Shown here: positions 9,700-19,670 of the stretch, one piece after another | Layout of the letters: the number at the start of each line of letters is the position of its first letter | Position numbering within the stretch: the first letter of the stretch is position 1 | Source: a virus | Lineage: Duplodnaviria > Caudoviricetes | Virus record (IMG/VR): IMGVR_UViG_3300047576_000027 | Location: 43,604 to 107,603 of that record | Direction: 5' to 3' (one strand) | DNA length: 64,000 nucleotides | Program-made: the position numbers and the translations under genes | The notes under the pieces: model-generated | The model's database searches: none | The model's input: only the letters and a program-made list of their open reading frames with translations | What the model was told of the DNA's origin: nothing

Positions 9700-11778
9700 T
9701 TATTTTACAAACTGACGCAATCCGTCCGGATCGGCCTTGGTTCCGGGGAGTGTCTGAATTCCCCCGTTCGCCTGTTTCGTCAACCCCTGATCCAGTTTTG
9801 AATACCCCTCCATCCATTTCGTAGCTTCGCCCAGTTTCGCCCGAAGTGTCTGCGGGTCTTTTGCGTCAAGGGCTTTCTCCCAGTGTTCAACCATCGTTGG
9901 CGACGAGCCGCCGCGCAGTCCGCCATGGGCCATTGAGACAGCGGTAGACAGGAATCCAAGTTCAGAGGACAGTTTTGCAAATACCTGAGTCTTTGTCGGG
10001 TCTTTCCCGAGTTTATTCGTAAGGAAATCGTTCCAGCGGGTTGCCACAACACCGAGATCGCCATCCTTGTCAGCTTTGTCAATAATGCCGTTGATGTCCT
10101 TCATATGATCGAGGATCAGACGTGCGTTGTTCGCGCGATCGCGCATCGAGGTTGTAATATTGGCGGGGTCGAGGCCAAGTTGCGCCATGCGGGTTTCGAT
10201 CTGATATTTATCGCGTGCGTTCGTGGCTGATTTCGCTAAAGTCGTATCGCCATTTGCAATCTGCTTGACAATGCTATCCAGTCGGCTGGACGAATCAAAT
10301 GGGGCAATCGTACTTGACGGTAATGCGCCAGTCGCGGGGTGAAGTGCGGGAGTTCCGGGCGCAGCGGGAATTGGCGTCTCCCCTGCTTTAGCCGGGACAC
10401 CTGGAGCAGCGAGTGGAACAGGTCTGGTAAGAGTAGAAGATTTATTCACTCCCTCGGGAGACGTGACACTGGTATGTTCTGTCTCGTGGCCCATCATGGA
10501 CGGATTGATTCCCGGCGCCGTCACGGGTGTCCCGTGCCCGAACGGATTGAACAGGATTTCATGCCCGTCGCCATCTATCCCGCCATTCGCCATTCGGGTT
10601 AGTGTCGAAACTGGCATCGCCGGTGCTCCGCCAGCGGTCAGATCACCGGGAAGTCGCGCCACGTTTGTAAGACCGTTCGGGCCAGCGACGGTTTGAACGG
10701 GTCCAATAGACGGGGAGTAGTACAACAGTCCGCTAATAAGGTCGCGATGCTCCCGAACGTACGGAAATTTTTTCGCGTCAATCGTCTGCCCATGAATATC
10801 TACGCGATCCGCGTCGGACAACGATGATGCCGGGATATCTCCAGGAGTATTGACCGGGCGCAACATTGAACCGACCTGAATTGGTTGTAGTCCGCCTGCT
10901 TCAGCTTCGTATTGCGCCTTGACAATCGAAGGAAGAGAATCCCAGTACGGACTTTTCTTCATTTGCGCTATTTGATATTGCTTATAGGCCAGCGTCGTCT
11001 GTTGTGTCTCCTGCGCCTGCCGAAGAGCTTCCTGATGGGACAATCTCTGCTGCATGACTTGCAACAGGGCCGGGCGGTTTGCCGGTGCGGCCCATCGGGG
11101 ATCACTCATCGTCTCCCGCACAATCTGGGCTGGATCTTCGGGAACGGGAAGGTTAGGGATAGTCGCTACGGTTGGTGTCGTCGGCTGTACGCTCGGCAAC
11201 AACGGTGCCGCCGCTGTCCCGCCGCCCCTCAACCCGTTCTGAATCGCGGCGATAGCGGGAGACGCCGTGACGGGTGGCGCTGGTTCTTTGATACCACCTT
11301 CCACATTCGTAACGGGATTCCCGGCTGGTTGCGCTGCAACTGGGGGTGCTGGCGGCTGTTCTGCCGCTATTGCGGGTAACCCGATCATGCTGGTGAATCC
11401 GGTCGGGTTAATACTGCCCTGATCGGGAGGCGGTGGCACGGGTTGCCCCGGCGTCACGCCCGGAGCGGCACCCGGTTGCGGCGGGGGTGTCTGTGGCGGG
11501 GGGCCGATAACGCTGTGAAGCGCCTGTTCGTCTTGGATTCTCTTCTGAACGGTAGACTGGAAATCTGCCGCGATCTTTCCTATCGGCTTACCTGCGATCA
11601 AATCGGACTGGTGCCTCAGGAGTGCCGTGCGGGTCTGTGGATCGGTTTCGGTCTGCGCCGCCTGCCCGATCATATCCGCGAAATGGTCACGCCGCGCTTC
11701 CAGTTGTGCGCGTACCTGCGCGCCATACTGTTGCGCCGCCTGCCCCATGCCGCCGATCAGATTTGCGAAGCCTGCCAT
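9700..11778 (-). CDS. Internal virion/ejection (DNA transfer) protein
   Basis: Pro/Gln-rich N-half, helical C-terminus; position after GNAT and small ejection gene. Confidence 0.65.
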   Translation of the reverse strand: MAGFANLIGGMGQAAQQYGAQVRAQLEARRDHFADMIGQAAQTETDPQTRTALLRHQSDLIAGKPIGKIAADFQSTVQKRIQDEQALHSVIGPPPQTPPPQPGAAPGVTPGQPVPPPPDQGSINPTGFTSMIGLPAIAAEQPPAPPVAAQPAGNPVTNVEGGIKEPAPPVTASPAIAAIQNGLRGGGTAAAPLLPSVQPTTPTVATIPNLPVPEDPAQIVRETMSDPRWAAPANRPALLQVMQQRLSHQEALRQAQETQQTTLAYKQYQIAQMKKSPYWDSLPSIVKAQYEAEAGGLQPIQVGSMLRPVNTPGDIPASSLSDADRVDIHGQTIDAKKFPYVREHRDLISGLLYYSPSIGPVQTVAGPNGLTNVARLPGDLTAGGAPAMPVSTLTRMANGGIDGDGHEILFNPFGHGTPVTAPGINPSMMGHETEHTSVTSPEGVNKSSTLTRPVPLAAPGVPAKAGETPIPAAPGTPALHPATGALPSSTIAPFDSSSRLDSIVKQIANGDTTLAKSATNARDKYQIETRMAQLGLDPANITTSMRDRANNARLILDHMKDINGIIDKADKDGDLGVVATRWNDFLTNKLGKDPTKTQVFAKLSSELGFLSTAVSMAHGGLRGGSSPTMVEHWEKALDAKDPQTLRAKLGEATKWMEGYSKLDQGLTKQANGGIQTLPGTKADPDGLRQFVK

Positions 11779-11981
11779 TAGGTATCCCTATCCCAGTCAA
11801 AGTTGACAGGAGATTTTACGGCAATTTCCAGGTATGGAGTACCATCTTTCAGCTTGCACAGAATCAGGCAGTTTGGATCACTCACGAAGGCTCCCTGTGT
11901 GGTCGCCTCAGTGACAATGATACTCACTTGAATATCCGAATCATATTCACCGAGAGACTGGATTAACTGTGAAATCTTCAT
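11778..11981 (-). CDS. Small hypothetical protein
   Basis: MKISQLIQSLGEYDSDIQV, a common small phage protein start. Confidence 0.55.
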   Translation of the reverse strand: MKISQLIQSLGEYDSDIQVSIIVTEATTQGAFVSDPNCLILCKLKDGTPYLEIAVKSPVNFDWDRDT

Positions 11982-12022
11982 AGGCTGCTGCCCCTCCGGA
12001 ACTCTTGAATATCTGGCATTTT

Positions 12023-12670
12023 TTATGTTCCACCCAGAGCCATCTGCGGATTAGATGGCGATGGGCTAAAGAGACCCGCAAGGGACCCCAGCGCACTCGT
12101 TCCGCCAGTCAGTGGAGCAGTCAATAACCCGAACAGCCCGCTACCGAGTCCCGCATAAGTTTGCAGCATCTGCTGTTGCTGTTGCGCCAATGCCTGACTC
12201 AAACTGGCGTTCGTTGATGACCCGGTATTGAGCGCCGAATTCCCCACATTGAACAAGTTCGTCCCGACACCTTCTTGCGCAATTCCGATCTGCGGCAGCG
12301 TTGTCGCGGCGGTCGTACGTGCAGAATTGAAAAGATTCTGAACCCCCGCAGCAGGCGAAAGTTGGGCATTGAACAGACTTGCCGACCTGCCGCCGCCACG
12401 AGGCTGTAATGCCGATGCGGACTGAATTGCATTCTGATCAGTTGCGCGGGTCTGGTTGATAGAGGGCGCAAGTAACGCAGCAGTGTTGGCGGAATTGCCG
12501 CCTAAGACGGTGCTTAGAAAGTTGGTCCCCTGGGTGACATTTCCCTGTCCGGCATTCAGGAGATTCGTTCCGGCAGCGTTGGCGGCGTTGGAGTTGGAGA
12601 TCGCCTCGCCGGTAATGGCATTGGCCTGATTGTTACTGTTCTTTTGCGCCTGGCTCGGTCCAAAGCTCAC
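12023..12670 (-). CDS. Small DNA-transfer/ejection protein (P22 gp7-like position)
   Basis: Ala/Gly/Gln/Asn-rich with hydrophobic Gly-rich C-terminus. Confidence 0.65.
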   Translation of the reverse strand: MSFGPSQAQKNSNNQANAITGEAISNSNAANAAGTNLLNAGQGNVTQGTNFLSTVLGGNSANTAALLAPSINQTRATDQNAIQSASALQPRGGGRSASLFNAQLSPAAGVQNLFNSARTTAATTLPQIGIAQEGVGTNLFNVGNSALNTGSSTNASLSQALAQQQQQMLQTYAGLGSGLFGLLTAPLTGGTSALGSLAGLFSPSPSNPQMALGGT

Positions 12671-13167
12671 TGAATCCCCCCTTCGGCAACCATATCATCC
12701 AACACGGAAGGCTCAAGCACGGAAGGTTCCACTGGCAGCAATTCCACGGGCGGTAACTGTCTCGGCCCAATCTGCTTCGACATTACGCACCACGGCTCCG
12801 CCACCATCCCCCGAGACTCCGCGAGTGCCGCCATACGTCCCGGCTTCACAAAAGCATACGTCCAGACCGGCCCGCACTTGGCGTACAGAATCTCTTCCAT
12901 CCGGCGCATCAGCCGCCCGAATAGATGTGAATAGCCTTTCTCGATTTTCGTTGGCTCAACGTGCAGTTTCAGTTGCGCGAAACAGTATCCGACGATCTTC
13001 CCGTCCAGGATCACGCCGAAAGCGGTTGCCGTTTTTAAGTCCGGCAGATTCGCCCCTTCAGCCCGGAAGTCCGGCTCCAGCGTCTGGATTTCTTCGGGAG
13101 TCAGTTCGCGGATTTCCGGTTCATCCGTGGGCAGCACTGGTTTCGGGATTTTGATCGGCTCGATCAT
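12667..13167 (-). CDS. GNAT-like protein of tail/ejection module
   Basis: DGKIVGY...HVEP...LAESRGM; conserved position before ejection genes. Confidence 0.55.
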   Translation of the reverse strand: MIEPIKIPKPVLPTDEPEIRELTPEEIQTLEPDFRAEGANLPDLKTATAFGVILDGKIVGYCFAQLKLHVEPTKIEKGYSHLFGRLMRRMEEILYAKCGPVWTYAFVKPGRMAALAESRGMVAEPWCVMSKQIGPRQLPPVELLPVEPSVLEPSVLDDMVAEGGIQ

Positions 13168-13261
13168 GAGAGTGTCTTGGTGCTAATTATAGCGTTTTTA
13201 CTATCAACCTCCACGTCAGCCTCCGAGGTGGATACCACCGGCTCTCAGTCGGCGAGTCGCT

Positions 13262-14197
13262 TTACTGCCTGAAAAACGCCCGCCTGATGAGGTTTGGCGG
13301 CAACGCCCCCGTGGAACTGCCAGAAACACTTGCACTCCCGCTCAGTGTCACCGGGTGCGTATGTGGCTCTGCGGGTACGGTCGCGCCAGTACCCGACATG
13401 ACCGTTTGAGTCCCGCTGTCATTGCCGGTACTCCCGCTGACCAGTGCGCTTCCGGATGCCGTCACCGTGCCGTTCGTCGCGGCATTCAACCCGCTGTTTG
13501 CAGCTCCGTATTCAAGAAACACCCCGGTAGGCGATACTCCGGAAATGTTCGGCAGCATGACGCTCCCGATAGTGCCGTCCGATTTCAGGTAATTGTGCGC
13601 TGCGCCATCGTAAAGCGCCCATCCAGTGCCGGGATCTACCTCAAACGGGACCGGACCCATCCCGCTACCGGATTCTCCCGGTCCCCATTGCCATCCCGAT
13701 CCGGTCCATCGCAGGACATGCAAATAATCGGTAACGCTCACCAGGAGTCCCGCGTGGACCGCAGAAAGTGATCCTGCGAGAGCGGTGAGTTGGGACTGGG
13801 TACGGTACAGGGTTCCGTCCATGTATGCCCACGAGAACGTGGCTCCCGCCGTGTAACGGAAAAGCACTCCGGAGTCGCCAGTGGTCGGCGCAAACTCAAT
13901 TACAAGTCCATCCTGAGCATAAGGTGCTCCCGTTGTGGGATTGTTGTTCGGAACGGTCGCGAGGGCTGGAACGAATGCGTACTGGGGGCCTGATGCCGTC
14001 CCGCTTGCGCCCTCTATCGAGTCGGCAGTGATGTTTTGGACTATGGTGGTTGTGGTAGTGGTCGAGGTGGCCGCCGCCGCCGCGGCGAGAGCGTTATTAG
14101 CTGCGCTGATGGCGGCATTTGTCCTGTCGTACAGGTCTGAGATATTCGCCTGATAAGGGCCTCCGGGAATGGTCAGTCTGGCGGGAGGGAGGGGCAT
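13262..14197 (-). CDS. Tail needle / collar-type short fibre
   Basis: PGTGWALYDG...LPNISG...HTH collar-like motifs. Confidence 0.6.
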   Translation of the reverse strand: MPLPPARLTIPGGPYQANISDLYDRTNAAISAANNALAAAAAATSTTTTTTIVQNITADSIEGASGTASGPQYAFVPALATVPNNNPTTGAPYAQDGLVIEFAPTTGDSGVLFRYTAGATFSWAYMDGTLYRTQSQLTALAGSLSAVHAGLLVSVTDYLHVLRWTGSGWQWGPGESGSGMGPVPFEVDPGTGWALYDGAAHNYLKSDGTIGSVMLPNISGVSPTGVFLEYGAANSGLNAATNGTVTASGSALVSGSTGNDSGTQTVMSGTGATVPAEPHTHPVTLSGSASVSGSSTGALPPNLIRRAFFRQ

Positions 14198-14205
14198 GGC
14201 GGTGG

Positions 14206-17200
14206 TTAGGTCTTAAAAACTGCAAGTGAAATATAACTATCTTCCACCCATTGTTTTGTCTCTATCGTGAAGTCATCAGTAAACAGGGCGAAGTTCACAC
14301 CGCCACCGTCCAGCATGTACGCTGCGGACAGAAATTTAATTGCCTGTGGGAGCATTTGTTCCTGGATCATGAACTGGCCGCCAGTTGAGGGTATAGTAAC
14401 CACGAAAGACACTCCGTTTTGCTGCTGAATGGTGAAGGTAACAGGAGCGGTACTTATAAGTCCAGCGTATAATCTTTTGTGTGTTTTCCATCCCGGAAAG
14501 GCTAATGAAATGAACTGCGTCAGTACTCTTGTACTCAGAAAAGGCTGAATGTAAAAAGCAGGCTCAACGGCATATATACGTGGTCCGTCAGGACCGCCGC
14601 TCCAACTGAGTTTGATGGATATATTCCGGTACAAAGCCAGTTCTCCCGGCACCGAGGAAATATTCACGATATTTTGCTGTCGCGCCGCGACGGAAGTGAC
14701 GTTGACAACAGGCGAGTTAATTGAATTGTTGTTATAAAACTGAGCAGTCGCGATAACTCCCGCCTGATCTGAATCCACTATCCAGTCAGTAGGTAACTTT
14801 TGTGTTCTTTCATCCCCCCCATCCAAAGAAGGAATCTGCAACAAAGAATTTATCGTCGCCCCATTGTCCGTATCGCCGCCGACCTGGTACAGATTCCCCA
14901 ATGTCCGCGATAACTGGATAATCTGCATATTATTCGGTGAGTTTACCAGCCCCTCAACCAGATACTCGTACGACATCGGATCGTTGAATGAATGCGGAAA
15001 CCATCGTTTCTTCGGGATCTCGAAGCGGAACGTGACCTGATTGCCCTCGGTGTCCAGATACAAAAAACTAATCTCGTTATCAAGACACGACAACCGCATA
15101 AACGAAGTCTGCGTCATGTCCACCGGATAGAGGCCGTTCGTCACCGCTGCGGGTTGTCCTTCGTGAGGAAACAGCGGGTAAAGTTTTGGATCGGTGACAT
15201 TTTCCCCCGCCCTGATCGGTCCAGCGATAAATCCCGTCGCGCCCGATGGCATACGCCCCATCTGGCCCCCGGCAGATTCCCCATTTGCACCAGAACCCGG
15301 AAGGCGACGGGAGCCGGACGAATTGGTACGGCGACTGACCCTCCAGCGCCTGGATAAAAGAATAGCGGACGAGAAAGGTGTTTAGTCGTGATCCGGCAAA
15401 CACCAAACCGTTCCATACTTCGCCGGTCACCAGCGGTTCACTGGGTCCGGAAAGTTCGATGGTATTCTGGTCGCTCACACCATCGAGATTGGCGGTATTT
15501 GTGAAATAGAGCGTCCCCGCATTTACCAGGTCTCCCAACCCGAATGCCACAGGGGCAAAGGGGCCTTCCAGTGGCCCGAATACAATCGGCAACGGCTGGT
15601 TGGCGAGCGTAGGCGACTCGATGGAATAAGCGGCATTTGTCAGTACGCCAGCGTCTGACTGGATCTCAAGGTACGCGGGTGAATGCGGTTGCCCGCGTGT
15701 CAAATAAGCTACACCATTCAGCAGTATGATGGAATTCTGCAATAGATTGACATTGAACGTCGTACCGCTCACCCAGATGACCGAAGTGCCCACCACGTTC
15801 ACCACGCCCGTCCATGCCAGTCCGAGAGTCGGCCACGGCTGAAGTTGGGTCAGATCGGGCGATGGGTTGGTGGCTATGGTTTCATCGGCCAGCCCGTCCG
15901 TGAACGAGTTCGGACTGGCGTTGTTGTTCTGCACCGACCCGACATAAACGAATTCGGTGAGTGTTCCGCCCTCGCGGTAGATGTCCGAATAATCGACTCC
16001 GCCTGCTGTGGTTGTTGCCGGGGTGGCTACTATCGACTCCCGAAGCGGATCAAGCGAATATCGGGTTGTCGGCCCCGGAACTGAGAGTGCCCCGGTTGAG
16101 GAATCGCGGAAAACTGAATCGTAGAAGTACCCCGATGGCGCATTCGGCTGGATTACCGGCCCGTACGTACCGAAGAAATACCACCAGTCAAATCCCCAGT
16201 TGCAGACCCCCGTGGAGACGATTGTTATCCCGACCGCCTGAACGGCGGAAAAATCAAGGGCCAGATTGCCTCCGTTTTGAATCCCCTGCGAGATCGGAAT
16301 GACGATTTCGCCCCAGACCCCGGCACTGTTCTGTCCAAATGAACCGAGATCCTTCTGCGTTAGATTCCATTGCCAGAAGTTGCCCGTGAACGGTGTTCCG
16401 CCCGTTGCTGTCGCGGGGTCAATATCAATCAACAGCGTAAGCGTAGCGACGGTGAGAGGAGTTTCAAGAAACAGCGAGATATGCAGGTAATCGTTCGCGG
16501 GGTCGATGGTCCGGCCGTTTGCGTTCAGGCAATTGACCGGCGACCCGAACTTGATCCGGGCCGTGCCCGTCCCCGCCGCCGATCCCGAGTATGCGATGAA
16601 ATTGAACAGCGATGTTATGGTTTCCGTGGTGGCGTGTGCCAGTGCCGTGTAACAGTACCAGGAAAGCAACCCCGTCACGACTGATCCGGCACCGGCGGCG
16701 AAGGTGTGGACTGTTGAGCATCGCACCGAATAGGCGGTGCCGTCCGGTGAAAGAACGACGGAGAGAACGCGAATCACGTCTGTATGTGTTCCGTCTGCAA
16801 TCTGAATAAGGGAGTTCCTGTCCAGACCGCCCGGCAAGCCGTTCAGCACCAGAGAACACAACCCGGTCGATCCTGAGTCGTACTGGATAGCCTGCACATA
16901 GGAGGTCGCGATGGGGGTGTGAATCTCGCGAATCGTAACCGTTTCCTGGTTCCCGCCGCCTGAGTTGAGGACGATATTCATCCTCGCCCCGGTCCAGTTT
17001 GTTACGCCCGCAGACGGATTGATACATGCCCATCCCGCCGTACCTGAGTTGTAAAGGATATTCGCGATGGTGAATGCCCCGCCGTTGGTACGATCCTCGC
17101 CACCAGTGATACTCACGAAAGGGAGGGAAACGGTCCAGCCTACCGCCGAATTACCAGTCTCGACGGCGACGGATGCCGGGATGCCGAAATCGATGTTCGG

Positions 17201-17662
17201 GGCAGCATTCGGCGGGGTTACCCCGATTGCCCTCAGCGTCCCGTCCGCGCGGACTTTTACCTGCTTGTCCTGGTCGTAAACATACATCCACGATTCGGGT
17301 GAATTGTTGGGACGAAACGGGATCAGAGATAAAGGATTACCGGAGTAGCCAGAATCGATCTCGGCCAGAGCGGTTTCCTGGCCCTCCCACAGTTGAGTGC
17401 CGTTGCCGACAATGTAGGTGTAACCGGATGATACAAGGGATTCGTCCGGGTCGTTCAGTCGGCGGATTGAGTGCAGGAGTTTCGGGCCTCCGACGCCGGC
17501 TCCGAAAACCGAATAACCTGGCCGACCGTCGATTCGGCCTTCAGAGATGACTCTTGTGTTGAAAAGGTAGGGGAATGAACCTGGCGGCATCCGGTCTACC
17601 GGATGCACGAGGTCTATGCCGGAACAATCCATCCGGACCGGCAGTCTTTGAACTTCGGGCAA
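14206..17662 (-). CDS. Tail nozzle / tubular protein B-like, broken by +1 frameshift near 15207 (ORFs 15080-17662 and 14206-15261)
   Basis: HPVDRMPPGSFPYLFN start; beta-propeller-like repeats; AIGRDGIYRWTDQG continues as GENVTDPKLYPLF in the +1 frame. Confidence 0.7.
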
Positions 17663-17695
17663 ATTTCAGTTTAGCGGATTGTCCGTCAGCAGTTT

Positions 17696-17845
17696 TTACC
17701 CAACCCTCTTCATCATCCGCTCCAACTCCATCACCTGAATATCCTGGCTCTCCATCAGCGTCAGATGCAGGAACAGATTCGCGTCCTGGTCGCGTTCGGC
17801 CAGTTCTTTGAACTTCATGAGCGTGATCCACCATGTAGCGGTCAC
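17696..17845 (-). CDS. Small hypothetical protein (49 aa, not in ORF track)
   Basis: GTG start overlapping upstream TGA; MTATWWITLMKFKELAERD... Confidence 0.45.
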   Translation of the reverse strand: MTATWWITLMKFKELAERDQDANLFLHLTLMESQDIQVMELERMMKRVG

Positions 17846-18015
17846 TTCACCCTCCACTTATGGGAACGACGGGGACTGATGACTGTCAATCGCCCACAAG
17901 AGACGCATGTGACACAGTAGTTTTCAGGGGGCCATACCCAGACGTGCGTGTACCCACAATGACAGCATCGGAGCATTCCGTAGGCCCACTTCTCATCGTG
18001 GTGACGATGGGTCAC
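17842..18015 (-). CDS. Small zinc-ribbon protein
   Basis: CCHCG...CVSCG; GTGA coupling. Confidence 0.5.
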   Translation of the reverse strand: MTHRHHDEKWAYGMLRCCHCGYTHVWVWPPENYCVTCVSCGRLTVISPRRSHKWRVK

Positions 18016-19346
18016 TTCACCCCCGCCATCGGCCTGATATCCGGTCGCATCCCTTCTTCGCGCTGCCACTGGCCGAAAAGCGGTTCAAAGTATTTTATCT
18101 TCGCGGCGTTTACGCCCTTCCGCGTCGAAACGGCACGCATGAAGTTATCGTACAGTTCCATCGTGGCCTTGAGTTCCGTACCGCCGCACTTAACGAGCAG
18201 ATAATTACAGCAATAATCGATAACGTCCTGAAGGTTTTCTTCCCCGATCTGAAGGTATTGATTTGCAGTCGGCAACGGTGCCGGGGTCACCACGTCGGCA
18301 CCAATGGAATAGGGTTGATCGACCGCGCCAGGGTTAATGACAGCGAAGTCGTAGAGGATACCAGCCATCTGCGGAATCCCGATCTGGTTGCGCCAAAACG
18401 GGCACCCGGCATCGATGGCGGCCAGAGAATCGATCAGCAACGGATTTCCGTTACAGGTGAGCCGAATGATGGAACGGGCATCGCGGGCGAAAGCTACCGC
18501 CTGCTTGTAGCGCTGGGATGCATATTGGGCACGGAGGGGATCTACGATCTGATTCCCGCCGGTCAGAATTTCCTCCATCGCCGCATATTTGATGGCGTAA
18601 CACCATTCGTCCGGCACACCGATCAATGATGCGGGATTGGTAATATCAATCAGCAACGAATCGACCGTCACCGCTTCCAGTGTCCCGGCATTGAGCGGCG
18701 GGGGATACATCTGCAATACGAGCGGTGCAAGTTCGGCTTCCGAGTACGCCAGCGGCGCGCCGGGATCGACTTCCCATGCCTCGCTGGAATGGTCGAACAT
18801 CCATACGTCGTCGCGCCATAGATTCGACCATGCGCCGCCCGAATCCTGCCACGAGACACGGTGAACGAATACCGATGACTGGTCGAAACTCACGAGGCCG
18901 TTGGGTGGGGATACCGGTTCAAAATCGAAATGGACAGCGTTCGGGAAGTGTACGTCCAGGATGAATCTGTTCCGGGCACGCTGGATCGCTCCAGGGATTG
19001 CAGATATCGGGACTTGCCCCGATGCATTCGCACCCGAGATGCCACTCGCCGGTTCGAGAAGGTGGTATTGAATCTCAGTTGTGAGTTGAGAGAGCGTCGT
19101 GGTCCGCGAGCGCAGAAGCGGGAGTTTTTGGCTCAGGTCGTAGAATGGACTGCGATCAGTCGGGCGAGCGTTAAAGGACCCTCTTTGACGCCAGAAACTT
19201 GTGAGCGAACCAAAGACGCGGAGAGCCTCGTAGATTGCGTATGTGATTTCCGGTACAGTCCAAAAAACGGCGCTAGAATCATCGAGTAAAGAGGATATCT
19301 GCGATATCAACTGCGTCAGCGTGATCTGACTGTAGCCGCTCGGCAC
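18012..19346 (-). CDS. Head-tail adaptor / tail tubular protein A-like
   Basis: TLTQLISQISSLLDD...WTVPEITYAIYEA; LQMYPPP; VPDEWCYAIKYAA. Confidence 0.7.
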   Translation of the reverse strand: MPSGYSQITLTQLISQISSLLDDSSAVFWTVPEITYAIYEALRVFGSLTSFWRQRGSFNARPTDRSPFYDLSQKLPLLRSRTTTLSQLTTEIQYHLLEPASGISGANASGQVPISAIPGAIQRARNRFILDVHFPNAVHFDFEPVSPPNGLVSFDQSSVFVHRVSWQDSGGAWSNLWRDDVWMFDHSSEAWEVDPGAPLAYSEAELAPLVLQMYPPPLNAGTLEAVTVDSLLIDITNPASLIGVPDEWCYAIKYAAMEEILTGGNQIVDPLRAQYASQRYKQAVAFARDARSIIRLTCNGNPLLIDSLAAIDAGCPFWRNQIGIPQMAGILYDFAVINPGAVDQPYSIGADVVTPAPLPTANQYLQIGEENLQDVIDYCCNYLLVKCGGTELKATMELYDNFMRAVSTRKGVNAAKIKYFEPLFGQWQREEGMRPDIRPMAGVK

Positions 19347-19447
19347 TATGGACTTAGGTTACCGCAGTTTACAGGAGCCCATCCCCATCACCTCAAGAGC
19401 CATCCGGAGATTGTCCAGTGCTTCACAGGTGACTCCGGGCATCGTCA

Positions 19448-19636
19448 CTACTTCTTCGTATACCCGTTCTTCGGAGCAGGGGAATCCATCGTCGCTCCCG
19501 GCTTCTCCTGGGCGCGACCCAGTTTTGAACTGTCGGGGTAAACCTTCACCGGCATCTCGCGGTCGCCGGCGGATGCGCTGGTGTTCGGAACGGGTGAATC
19601 CATTGAATTGCTTTTTCCGGGGGCTGTTTCGGTCAT
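19448..19636 (-). CDS. Small protein with MDSP repeat
   Basis: RBS AGGAG; SMDSPVP / TMDSPAP. Confidence 0.5.
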   Translation of the reverse strand: MTETAPGKSNSMDSPVPNTSASAGDREMPVKVYPDSSKLGRAQEKPGATMDSPAPKNGYTKK

Positions 19637-19670
19637 ATTGAGTTCTCCTGTTTTAGAGTTTAGCGCAATG

